Source: the human T2T-CHM13v2.0 reference genome, Homo sapiens
Assembly (NCBI RefSeq): GCF_009914755.1
Contig: NC_060926.1
Reading direction: 5' to 3' (one strand)
Length of the DNA: 64,000 nt
This document shows positions 53,398-64,000 of this stretch, one piece after another. Position numbers and translations under genes: made by a program. Position 1 is the stretch's first letter, and the number at the start of each line of letters is the position of its first letter. The notes beneath the pieces were generated by a model, which saw nothing but the letters and a program-made list of their open reading frames with translations, was not told the origin of the DNA and did no database searches.

Positions 53398-53826
53398 AGT
53401 TGGGAGACAGTTCTCCATGAGTTGTTGGTGCTTCTATACATCTTGTGAGTAGAAGCACTGACTGCCCTTTGTTCTTAACTAATTTTTGCAAAGATTTTTT
53501 GTATGGCAAATAGCTTTGGAAGATAGAGATAGTGTCTTCCTTTAGAAGAAAGAGCAAGCATGCTATTATAAAAGATTCGAGTTCCCAAAGCTCAGGGTTT
53601 CTCTCAGTAATGCAATCCACTGTGTGTGCAAGCATCAATCTTGGTCTACATCATCACTTCTATGAGACTTATAGGCAACGAGCACTGACACAAACATGCT
53701 CATGCTCACACTGCTTGCTGTGACACGAGTAATAAAGTCCTTTGTCTCTGATCCAGAAGTCTCATGTCTTCTGTCATCATCCATGAAACGATAGCTTTCA
53801 AGTAGGATAAAATTTCAGACCCTTCC
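53398..53826 (+). mobile_element. Solo ERVL-type LTR (LTR47/MER76-like) inserted in L1
   Basis: GTTGGGAGACAGTTCTCCATG start; AATAAAGTCCTTTGTCTCTGA poly(A) region. Family uncertain. Confidence 0.6.
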
Positions 53827-53829
53827 TGA

Positions 53830-55345
53830 AAAGGCCAAAAATAGCCAAGTTACTGGTGCAGAACAATGAAGTGAGTGATTTGACCTATCATAATTATGAT
53901 AGAGACATGATAATTAAGATGGTGTGATATGAGTATTAGAATATTCCAATTCATCAATGGAACAAAATGGAAAGCCTAGAAATAAATTCACACATCTATA
54001 GATGGCTGGAATAGGACACAGGTTGCACTCTAGGTTCAGTGGGTGAAACATGGGCTTTTTAATCAATGGTATTAAAACAATTAGGTAGCCAAATAAAATA
54101 AAAACAAACTAAAAAATGAAATAGACCTCTACCTCATACCTTATTAAAAAATTAATCCCAAGTATATTAAATCTCTAAATATAAAAGGCGAAAAAGTAGA
54201 AGGTAATATAAAATAATAACTACATGACTATTGAGAAAAGAAAGGATTTGCTAAACTTCACATAAAAAATCTTAGCCATAAAATAAAATATTAATAAATT
54301 TCTCTACATTAGAAATAAGAATGTCTGTTTACCCAAAGACAACAAAAATCATGTGGAAAGACATAAACTAGTAGAGATATTTGCAACACATAAACTGGGT
54401 AAGAGATTTGTACAAAAGCGATGTTAAGAATTCTAACACATCAATGAGAAAAAGATGAGTAGAAAAACGGACATTAATATGTTTCTAACATTAGAGGAAC
54501 CCTGAATGGTGAATCTGGATATGAAGAGATCTTAACTTCATTAGTAATAAGAAAAATGCAAATTTAAGCCATAGTGGGAAGATCATTGTATACCCATCCA
54601 AGTGGCAAATGAAAAAGTCTAATATCGGGTGTTGAAGAGAATGTTCAGTAACCAGAAAATGGCCAGAACAACTGTGAATTTATACAACTGCTTTGTAAAA
54701 CAATTCAGCATTGTCTAATAAAGTTGAAGCTGTAAATATCCTGATCCAATAATTGCACTCTTCGGTATATATCCTAGAGAAACTCTTGCACATGGGCATC
54801 CAGAAACATGTACAAAAAAGTTCATAGCAACAGAGTTTGAAACAGCAAAAAACTGGAAATAATCCAAATATTTGCCAACAGTAGAACAGACAAATATATT
54901 TATTTAGTAGGAATACTAAACATCAAAAAAAAGAAAACTATATTAATCACAGCCACACACAACAACATGAATGACTCTCTGGAAAATAATTTGGGGCCCA
55001 AAAAGCAAATTGCACAAGAAAACATACAGCATTTATATAAACTACAAAAACATGCAAAATAGACAGTATGTATATTTTAGAAATGCATGCATTTGTGGTA
55101 AGACTATGATGAAAAACAAGGGAATAATAACACAAAATTGGGTATAGATATTAACCCCTGAGATGAGGAGAAGTGTTCATGATGAGTACATGGAAGACTT
55201 CCAAGGTGGTAGTAATGGTCTCTCTCAAACTAGATGGAGGGGAGGGGTGTTCATGGGTGTGTATTGTAACATTATTCTTCACATCTTACATATATTTTAA
55301 AGTAGTCTTTGTCCTTACTCAATACTTAATCACAATTTTAAAAAG
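53830..55345 (+). mobile_element. Old L1ME-type ORF2 end and 3' UTR
   Basis: CAATGGAACAAAATGGAAAGCCTAGAAATAAATTCACAC; TATATATCCTAGAGAAACTCTTGCACATG. Confidence 0.75.
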
Positions 55346-55892
55346 TTGAAAGCACAAGTAAGATCATGTTATGAAGACAATAAGAGAGTAGACCTGTGCA
55401 GATGGAAAGAAACTGCTCTTTCATTCCAACATGAGGCAGAGGCCTCTCATTGCTGGCTCAACTCAATGTTTGTTGGTTCCAAACATTCAGCCTTTGACCC
55501 ATATTCCCAGAAGAGTGGTGTAAGTGAAAATGAGTTCATTCAGCACCAGGATACAAGAGGACTGCAGAGAGAGCTCACTGTTCCTGGGCTATGCCAGGGC
55601 CAAGCCCTGCCCTCTGCAAGATTCTAAATCACCACTGAGAAGCCTGCTGTGCACAGCTTTCCATTTGCAGTTTTGTTTGGCCTTGGGGATGACCTGAGTA
55701 ACTAACGCCAGGCCACGGTTCACCTTCCGCACTTGGCCTATTGGGATTGGGAGATGCAGCATGTACACAGAGCTGGCTGGCTTGCAGGGTCATCAGAAGT
55801 TTTCCTGACTTCATGACCCCAAGAGACACCGGAGAGGAGCAGATAATATCCTATCAGAGGCCTCTCAGAGAGCGAGGTTAACAAAAAATACT

Positions 55893-55984
55893 TTAGATAA
55901 GCCCTTGCCCATTATTACAGTATTTTTCTGGCCTCTGCGCAATTGTAGATACTGCAATAATGGGCAAGGCAAGGGCTTATCTAA
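55893..55984. repeat. Long inverted repeat/hairpin: 31-bp arms, 25-nt loop
   Basis: TTAGATAAGCCCTTGCCCATTATTACAGTAT (55893-55923) vs ATACTGCAATAATGGGCAAG[GCAAG]GGCTTATCTAA (55949-55984): one mismatch and one 5-nt bulge. Confidence 0.92.
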
Positions 55985-56204
55985 GAGTTTATCTGACATA
56001 ACTAGATCATTTAAAACAAACCTCCAGCAATTGGATCCTTCCAGAACATTCACGAATACATTTTAACCTATAAGTCAATTTTTCTAAGGAACTTTTATAT
56101 TGATATATACATATATTCATTAACTGAGTTTTAATTTCCCAAATATTTGAAAGTTTAGAAATAATCAATCAAGAATATCAGCACAATCAAATTAAGGCAC
56201 AAGA

Positions 56205-56500
56205 GGCCGGCCACAGTGGCTCCCGCCTGTAATCCCAGCACTTTGGGAAGCCAAAGCAGGTGGACCACTTGAGGTCGGGAGTTCAATACCCGGCTGACCA
56301 ACATGACGAAACGCTGTCTTTACTAAAAATACAAAAATTAGCTGGGTGTGGTGGTTGGCACCTGTAATCCCAGCTACTGGGAGGCTGAGGCAGGAGAATC
56401 GCTTCAACCTGGGAAGCAGAGGTTGCAGTGAGTAGAGATCGCACCACTGCACTCCAGCTTGGGAGACAGAGCAAGATTCCGTCTCAAAAAGAAAACAAAA
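56205..56500 (+). mobile_element. AluS
   Basis: Full dimer; TSD TAAGGCA(C/G)AAGA. Confidence 0.95.
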
Positions 56501-58530
56501 GTAAGGCAGAAGAGAAAATATGCCAGACCTTACATTTAAATAATATCTACTCACATATTCAAACTAGGCTGAAATTGTAGCCAGCTGGTCAGAGGGGAGG
56601 GTGGCCTGGTGACTCTTGGACATGCGACTGGTTTCCAAAGTAAAGGTACTCTTGTGGAGATAATAATGCCTAGGACTTTGATCATGTATTTCTTTTTTAC
56701 AGTATGTACTGTATATTATTTCTTTTTTCCTTTCTGTCTCTCCCTCCATCCATTTCTCTCTTTTTCTCTCTTTCATTTTTTTCTCTTTCTCACTTTTTTT
56801 TGGCCTAATTGAATTGGTTAAACCATTAAGTACAAAGAATATACAAAAGTGATAGCAGATATCCTCAACTTGTATTTCTATTTTTTTCATCGCCATACAG
56901 AGTTCCAACAATCAGTTTGTCATAGATACATTGAAAGATTTATCTAATTTATCTAATATTTGTTAGATTACCTTAACTTGGAAAAAAAGAAAGAAATTAA
57001 TGAGATAAACTTTTAAATGTTTATATTTGAATGGATTATTTTAAATGAACTAGGAGGATAGAACTTCGCTCAGATTTTTTTAATGTTCTTTCTATGATTT
57101 GAACATTATTAAAAGGTCAGTTTCATAATGCAAGACAAAACATTTAGCTTAATCAGAAAATGGACTTCAGCGCCTAATAAATTATTTCTAGATAACTGGA
57201 GTATCCTGCCTTACAGTTGGGGTGCAAATAATAGCTCCCTGGTAATACGCTCAAAACTCATTTGCCAAGATTTGCCAGATTCTAGACTTTCTGTCTCCCT
57301 AGGGCTTTGCCTACCAAGTCTGTATATTTGGGAGTATATTTTTGTCTGAAGGGCCTTCCTGGTCACTCTCAGTTCTACATGAAGCCAGAACCATACATGT
57401 CTCACTGAGCCTGGAAGACTCCTCGATGGCTGCCAGAATAAGCTGAATTGCAGCTGCTGCCGTCCCCTAAACAGAAGGTCTGGTTCTGACGCTGAAATCT
57501 GGATACTTGAAAGAGAGGTCTTTGCTTGCTCTTGTGGCCCACAATTGAATCAGAACAAAGCTTCCCCTCCTGAAACTTGTGATTGTCAGACACGAGGTTA
57601 AGGTTGAACACTGCATTGCCAAGGTTTGGCTCCTGGTGCAGATTCCCGCCTAAGCTGCAATAGTTCAGCCAGATGACTTCTGCAACCAGGTGTGTGTCAT
57701 CTTAACACTGGGCTCTGCTCCAAACCAAATACATTGATCCAGGGTTTGCTTATCAATTCTCTCGTTTTTCTGTTTTATAATTCATCAGTGTATGTTTTCT
57801 TTAATATTACTTACTAATTTTTAAATTCTTACTCTCCTTAAGCTTATCATTCCTTTTATATTAAGCAATAAAATCACTTACCACCATTAATTTCTTCTGT
57901 GTATAACTGACTTCATTCCTTAATTTTCGACATGTATTCTTAACATCATTATTATTTATTTTAAAAGCCAATAGCTACATGTTTTATTACCTCAACTACA
58001 AAAAATACTGTAGGACTGTATTTTGAATTGTTATGTCATTTGTTCTTTTATTGTTAATTTATAGTTTTATCTGTGGCATGTGAATCTCCAATTGGAATTT
58101 ATAGAGCTTTTCTCAAGTCTAGATCAATTTTTGAAAACATTCCAGGGATATTTAAAAAGAAGATGTGTCAGCTCCAAGATTCAAAGTAGAATGTAAAATT
58201 AGAGAAGGTGGAGTTTAATTCTCTCTCTTTGAGCATAGGTTGGACTCAGTGACATGCTTCTAGCCAACAGAACATAGAAAGGAAAAAATAGTGAATTTCC
58301 AGTGGAGAAATCTGGCTGACACCACCTTAACCAAGTGATCAAGGTGAACATCATCAATATTAAACAGGTTGATATCTTGTGTCCTCTCATATGATGTGAC
58401 CTTCACCTTGCTCATATTCTTCCTCCAAATCCATAACCCCAGTATAATCATGAGAAAACTTCAGACACATCCAGACCAAGGGACATTTTACAAAAGATCT
58501 GATAGAAATCTTCAAAGATGTCAAGGTTAT

Positions 58531-58970
58531 TGTATTTGTTTCTCAGGGCTGCCATGCCAAATTACTACAAACTCAGTGGCTTAAAATAACAGAAATTTAT
58601 TTTCTCCTAGTTCTGAAAGCCAGAAATTTGAAGTTGAGGTGTCAGCAGGGCTACAGGAGGAGAGTCCCTCCTTGCTTCTTCAGCTTCTGGTGGTGTCTGG
58701 TGTTCCTTGGTTTATGGCAGCACCCCTCCAATCTCTGCCTCCGTCTTTACACGGCCTTCTCCCCTGCATGTCTCTCTGTCTCAAATCCTCTTCTCCTTTC
58801 TCTTATAAGTCATTAGATTTAAGGCGTACTCTAAATCCAAGATGATCTCATCCTGCAATCTTTAACTTAGTTATGTCCACAAAGACCCTATTTCCTAATA
58901 AGTTCTTCCAGGGGTATCAGAGGTTAGGGTTTGGACACATCTTACTGGAGAACCCAATTCAACTTGCTAA
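58531..58970 (-). mobile_element. MLT1 (MaLR) LTR
   Basis: TGTATTTGTTTCTCAGGGCTGCC...GTGGCTTAAAATAACAGAAATTTATT; probable 5-bp TSD GTTAT/GTCAT. Confidence 0.8.
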
Positions 58971-59243
58971 AGTCATGAAAGACAAGGAGACTGAGAAACT
59001 GTCACAAATTGGGGAAAACTAGGGAGCCCTGATGACTGAATGCAATGTGGGATCCTGTCTTGGATCCTAGAGCAGAAAGAAGGCATTAATGAAAAAACTG
59101 GTTTAAAAAATCCAAAGAAAATCAGTAGGTGAGTTAACAATATTATAACAATGGTAGTTTCATAATATTGCTTAACAATGTCTTAACATTAATTTCACAG
59201 TGTTGATCATTGTGTCATGGTTATTTAAGATGTTCAGATTGGG

Positions 59244-59523
59244 GGCCGGGTGCGGTGGCTCACGCCTGTAATTCTAGCACTTTGGGAGGCTGAGACAGGC
59301 AGATCACGAGGTCAGGAGATGGAGACCATCCTGGCTAACACGGTGAAACCCTGTCTCTACCAAAAATACAAAAAATTAGCCAGGTGTGGTGGCATGTGGC
59401 TGTGGTCCAAGCTGCTCAGGAAGCTGAGGCAGGATAATCACTTGAACCCAGGAGGCAGAGGTTGCAGTGAGCCGAGATCACGCCACTGCACACCAGCCTA
59501 GGCAACAGAGTGAGACTCCATCT

Positions 59524-59576
<53 letters not shown>

Positions 59577-59577
59577 G
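59244..59577 (+). mobile_element. Alu (Sc-like) with poly(A) followed by an (AT)n tail
   Basis: Full dimer; TSD ATGTTCAGAT at 59230 and 59575. Confidence 0.94.
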
Positions 59578-62183
59578 TTCAGATGTTCATCCATATTAGA
59601 GGAAGCTGGGAGCAAGGTACATAAAAACTCTGTCTTTATCACTTCTCTATAAATCTGAAATTGTTTCAAACTCACAAGTTTTTAAAGTGACTAGATTGAA
59701 CTACTTTATTCAAAGATAAAGATTGAGATTTTGTTTAAAAATCTAGATATTAGAAAAGACAAAACTAAAGAAACACTGATATGTGAAAAAAGAAATTGGA
59801 AAGAATGTATAGATACATTTTAAATAAATAATAAAATCAGGGGTGGTAATATTGTCAAAAAGAAGAATTTGTGGCAAAATTAGTGAATAAAATAATAGAA
59901 GGTCCTTTGGGATAACAAAACATTCAATCTATATTGAAGTCAACTTTAGAAACAAAATTACATAGATTGAAGATATATAACACCAAAAAAAAATCTATTG
60001 GAAATGCTAAAAGAAACTAGCAAAGCTACAAAATGGGAAGAGATTTCTATCAGTTTCCGACAGTTCAAATTCACAAAAATAAAATATTAAAAACTTCAAT
60101 ATTTAGATGTTTGCACCAGGAAGTGGAAGCTCCATGAAATGCAGACTCATATAAGTATCTGCTGGCAACAGCTTAAGTGTCACAAGCTGTGTCGCACTGA
60201 TGACATGATTTTTCCGAAACAGCAAACAATTCTTGATAGTGTTCTAAACAAAGGAAATACAGCCTTCCCTAAATTTACATGCATTCCTGAAAATTTTGGT
60301 GCCTACTAAAAAGTTACAAAGTCAATTTCTTTATGTTGGAAGCAAGTTCATATCTCATCTCAGAAAATTACAATCAGATGGAACACAGGACAAGTTTTCA
60401 TGGCATGCAGCTGTAAACACAATCGAACAAAGTTAGCAGAACATCCCTTCAAACAACTTGGGTATGTAGTGTGTCCCCCACCTTCATTAATTTCGACAAC
60501 TAAAATCCCCCTGAAATCTTCTGAATTTTTTACTTTGCTTGATACATATTATGTGTGAGTAATATGCAGAAAGCCCCAAAACAGAGGACCTTAGCATAGC
60601 AGGCATGTCCCAACTGAGCACAACTTTGGTTACTGCCTACACTTAACTTGGTCTTCTAATAGGATTCTCTAGTTAGGGGACCATTAAAGCAACTGACACC
60701 CCTGTTGTCTTCCCTACATCAGCATGCTTCTCTTGCTTGGAACAAGTGTCAAAGCCCATCACACCCTGCACACCTATTACTCTTGAAAATCCTGATGTCA
60801 TGGGCAGAGTCAGACCTTGCCCAGGGGCAACTGCCTTCAATTCTGTCCTCTCCTTTTCTGAACACAGCAGTATTTGTGTTGGGGTAGAGGTCTCGCCAGA
60901 GGCACCCTCAATGTTGGAAACATTCCCACCATGCCAAATGTTTTCTTTGACAGGTTGTTGTCGGTGCTGCTGACGTTAGGCTTGGGCAATGGCCCCTTTC
61001 TTGCCTGCAATGACAATTCTCATCATAACCCTGTTGCTGAAATGACTTGCAGGTTACCGGAGTGAAATGGAAGCTGGGGCTGTTGCTTCAATCACCTGCT
61101 CTCCTGCTGGCATGGACCACGAATCATTTGCAGATTAGAGGTTTGACTGCATCTAGATGCTCCTTGTCCTGCTTTTACATCCAGCCCCGTTGGGGCTTAG
61201 CTTTAAGTCCCATTAATGTACTGTTCAGGTACTGTTTTTTTTTTAATCATGAGCTCATTGGTACTTCCCTCAGACTGGTCCTACATTGTATTATAGTAAC
61301 AAAAACTTTTTAGATTTTGGCTTTTCAATAGCATCCTTCATCTATTCTACTGCTAGGACAAATTTTTACTCTATTTTTGTATTATTTGTTCAATTCAAAG
61401 GGAATATGGAAGAGAGGGGAGTTAATATATAGGCTTAAAATGTTGCCTTGGCCAGGGGCTAGAAAGGGAGATGAGTCAATGGCAGACACCACCCATGGCC
61501 TTGTCATGAGGCTTTGAGGGTCTGGCTGGTGGCCAGTGGGACTGGTACGTGTGATAGGCCTGTGGTGACCCTGAAGCTGAGGAACGGGAGGGGCAATTGT
61601 TGAGCTGCTGATGTCTCTGTCTTTGGTCTGGCTTGGCTGCAGTGAACAATGGCCATGTTTAGCAGTGACCTGGACAGACTGCGGCCAGATTCTAACAGAG
61701 GCAGGCCCCACATGCATTTTTTTATTAAAAAGACAAAAAAAGATTAAAAATCAACTATCTAGGTCTTAGATATGAATTAATAATTTATTTTCCAGAAATA
61801 TGCAGATTTGCTCATCTACCACCTGTTGGATGAAGGTGTGCATTTCTCCACTGTGGGGGTGTCATCTGCCTCTCATGGCATGAGGTGGCGCGGGCAGATG
61901 CCATGATGCCATGCAGAGACTGAGCTTTAGCCAGCCAAAGGGACTCACTCAGAACCACCCAGGCCAAACCAGGACCAGGTCTCAGGTTTGGCTCTCTCTC
62001 TGACTCCAGTATTTTCCTCTCAGACATTTATTCAAATATCATTCAGTGGGAAAGCAAACATAGCTTATGGAAAAAAAAAAAAGCTTTAATTTGCATCAAC
62101 AACAAAAGCTAAGTCTTAGATGAATGCTAAATCCTTATTTCTCATTGTCAAGAGTATCAAGCGCCAGAGTTTTGGGGCGCACG

Positions 62184-62186
<3 letters not shown>

Positions 62187-62220
<34 letters not shown>
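62187..62220 (+). repeat. (AC)17 microsatellite
   Basis: Counted directly. Confidence 0.97.
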
Positions 62221-62223
<3 letters not shown>

Positions 62224-62611
62224 CTAATCTCAGTGAGACCGACGCCCTCCCAGGCCTTTTGAGTTCTTTAGCTAATTGCACAAGGCAGTCAAATCAACAA
62301 TGCTCTCTTTCATGCTTGAGCAACGGAGATGGGTCCTCCCTACTCAGCTTTTCATCTCTTCAGTGGAAATTATTGAATAAACAGTGAAACACAGTGCAGC
62401 AACCTCCTTCCCAACCCACACACCCCCCAAGATCAAAATTGTCAGCAATCTCTAAGAACTTCCTAGGGGCTTGGCCACACCTGCCTATGATACCCGTGTG
62501 GCAGACAGTGTGGGGCAGTGGATTAGCCAGAGCTGGATTCAAAAACTGGTTCCTAGCTAAGTTAATTAACTTCCCAGGGCCTCAGGGGGGAAATGGAGTT
62601 AATAATGCCTA

Positions 62612-63040
62612 CTGTTGTCAGCTATTACAACCAACAACAAAATCTTAGTAGCATTCAATAACAAGCATTTTGCATCCATCTATGGGCAGGTAGCTGGAAA
62701 CTAGCTGACTGAGGCTGGACTTGGCTGAGCATCTCTCCTTCAAGCTATAAGTCCATCTGGCTCCAATGTGTGCCATGCCTCTCATTCTGGCTACAGGTGG
62801 AAGGGCAGCACCTCCAGGGAGAAGCCCTTCTCATGGAGCATGGTCTGCCACATAAATCCCTCTTTGCATCACATTTACTTTTATCCCTTGGGCCAAAATA
62901 AGTTTTACGATCAAGCCAAAAGTCAAGGTGGTGCAGGTAAATAACCCCTTTGTGTACTTCTCATGTGAAAGGCACTCAACAGTTAGATGGCAAAAGAGGG
63001 TGGTGAAGAATTGGAGCTGAAAATTCAATCTGCCCCACTA
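62612..63040 (-). mobile_element. Old MLT1 LTR
   Basis: CAAAATCTTAGTAGCATTCAATAACAAGCATTT...TTGGCCAAAATAAGTT...AAGCCAAAAGTCAAGG. Confidence 0.6.
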
Positions 63041-63179
63041 CTGCATAGGGTTGTGGAAAAGATAAAATGCAATGATGTGTGATACATATACATATTAAGC
63101 ATTTAATAATCATTTGTGTCATTTCATTACATGCACTCCAGACCCATTGCTATAGTGCCCTGGCTGAAGTCTATTCAGG

Positions 63180-63735
63180 CTGTGGGAGGCAGTCAAATAT
63201 GGCTTCCATCAATTTCTTCCCTTACTCTATTGGCATGCTTTTCCATGAATCAAAAAGTAGAGTATAATTCTCTTCTTTCAAATCTAAGTTAAACTTTGTG
63301 ACTTCCCTTGACCAAGATAGAGAAGCAGAAGTGACAGTCTGAGATTCCTAAGGTTAACACATAAGAAGACTTGTCACTTCTGCCTGAGTCATTGGAATGC
63401 TCACTTTAGGACCGCTCCCTCTGAAGACCAGTGGCCAAGCTGGAAGAAGCCCAAGCCACATGGGGAGGCCACAAGTACGTGCCAAAATTTACAACTCCAG
63501 CTGAGCTTCCAGCCAACAGCCAGCATCCGCTGTTAGCTATACCAGTGGGCCACTTGAACGTCCAGCCCAGTTGATCCTTCAGATGACCAGAGTCCAGCTG
63601 ATATCTTGCTGCAGTCACATGGGAGACCCCAAATGAGAGCTTCCCAGCTGAGCTCCAGTCAGCCCTCAGAACCATGGGAAATAATAATTCATTGTTTTGT
63701 CATCATGTTTTAGGATGGTTTATTTTGCAGCAGTA
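63180..63735 (+). mobile_element. MLT1 LTR
   Basis: CCAGCCAACAGCCAGCATC...CCCAGCTGAGC...TTTTAGGATGGTTTATTTTGCAGCA. Confidence 0.75.
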
Positions 63736-64000
63736 GGGAGGCAGAAGGCTGGCCAATGCTAATATTTCCACCGGTCACTGAAGCCATGCAGAACCCTGGT
63801 GGCTAAAGAATCTTCTCATCCCTAAACTCACCAGAGTTCCCTCTTCGTGTTGGTCCTGTCTCCCCTTTCCAGGGCTGTCAGAGCCCTTTAAAAAGGCTTT
63901 TAGCATTAGCTTAGCTCCCTCTCCAACCCCTTTCACTTCAAAGTGGGGAAGGTGTCTATGGTGTGGGAGGTAAATGAATTAGTTTGGCAGCAACTCACTG

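Larger units (their letters stand above)
58200..59690 (+). mobile_element. L1MC/MD-type 3' UTR, split by an MLT1 LTR and an Alu
   Basis: GTGGAGAAATCTGGCTGACACCACCTTAACCAAGTGATCAAGGT; GAATGCAATGTGGGATCCTG. Confidence 0.7.

Noticed and set aside
55473-55487. TTGGTTCCAAACATT, a 14/15 match to the core of the 71-bp duplicated element
   Set aside because: No flanking similarity; compatible with chance.

Overview
This is mammalian, almost certainly human or great-ape, genomic DNA containing the gastrokine locus. It holds two complete six-exon paralogous genes arranged head to head. GKN2 lies on the minus strand (CDS 21273->13779, 184 aa). GKN1 lies on the plus strand (CDS 43093->49238, 185 aa, or 199 aa from an upstream in-frame ATG at 43051). 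I reconstructed both by hand from GT-AG boundaries; both encode secreted BRICHOS-domain proteins. The rest is interspersed repeats (12 Alus, a near full-length old antisense L1, degenerate L1M/L2/MIR, MaLR/ERVL LTRs, MER3/MER6/MER20/MER45-type DNA transposons) and microsatellites. Apart from short overlaps with real exons and L1 remnants, the supplied ORF track is spurious. I found no evidence of a new protein-coding or prokaryote-type system. The most interesting unexplained non-repeat signals are: a ~92-nt near-perfect hairpin with mirrored GATA sites at 55893-55984; a duplicated 71-bp element upstream of GKN1 (38609 and 39940); inverted repeats between the TATA box and start site in both core promoters; and a closely spaced inverted Alu pair in GKN2 intron 3. 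Repeat family names come from recalled consensus sequences, and repeat boundaries are approximate.
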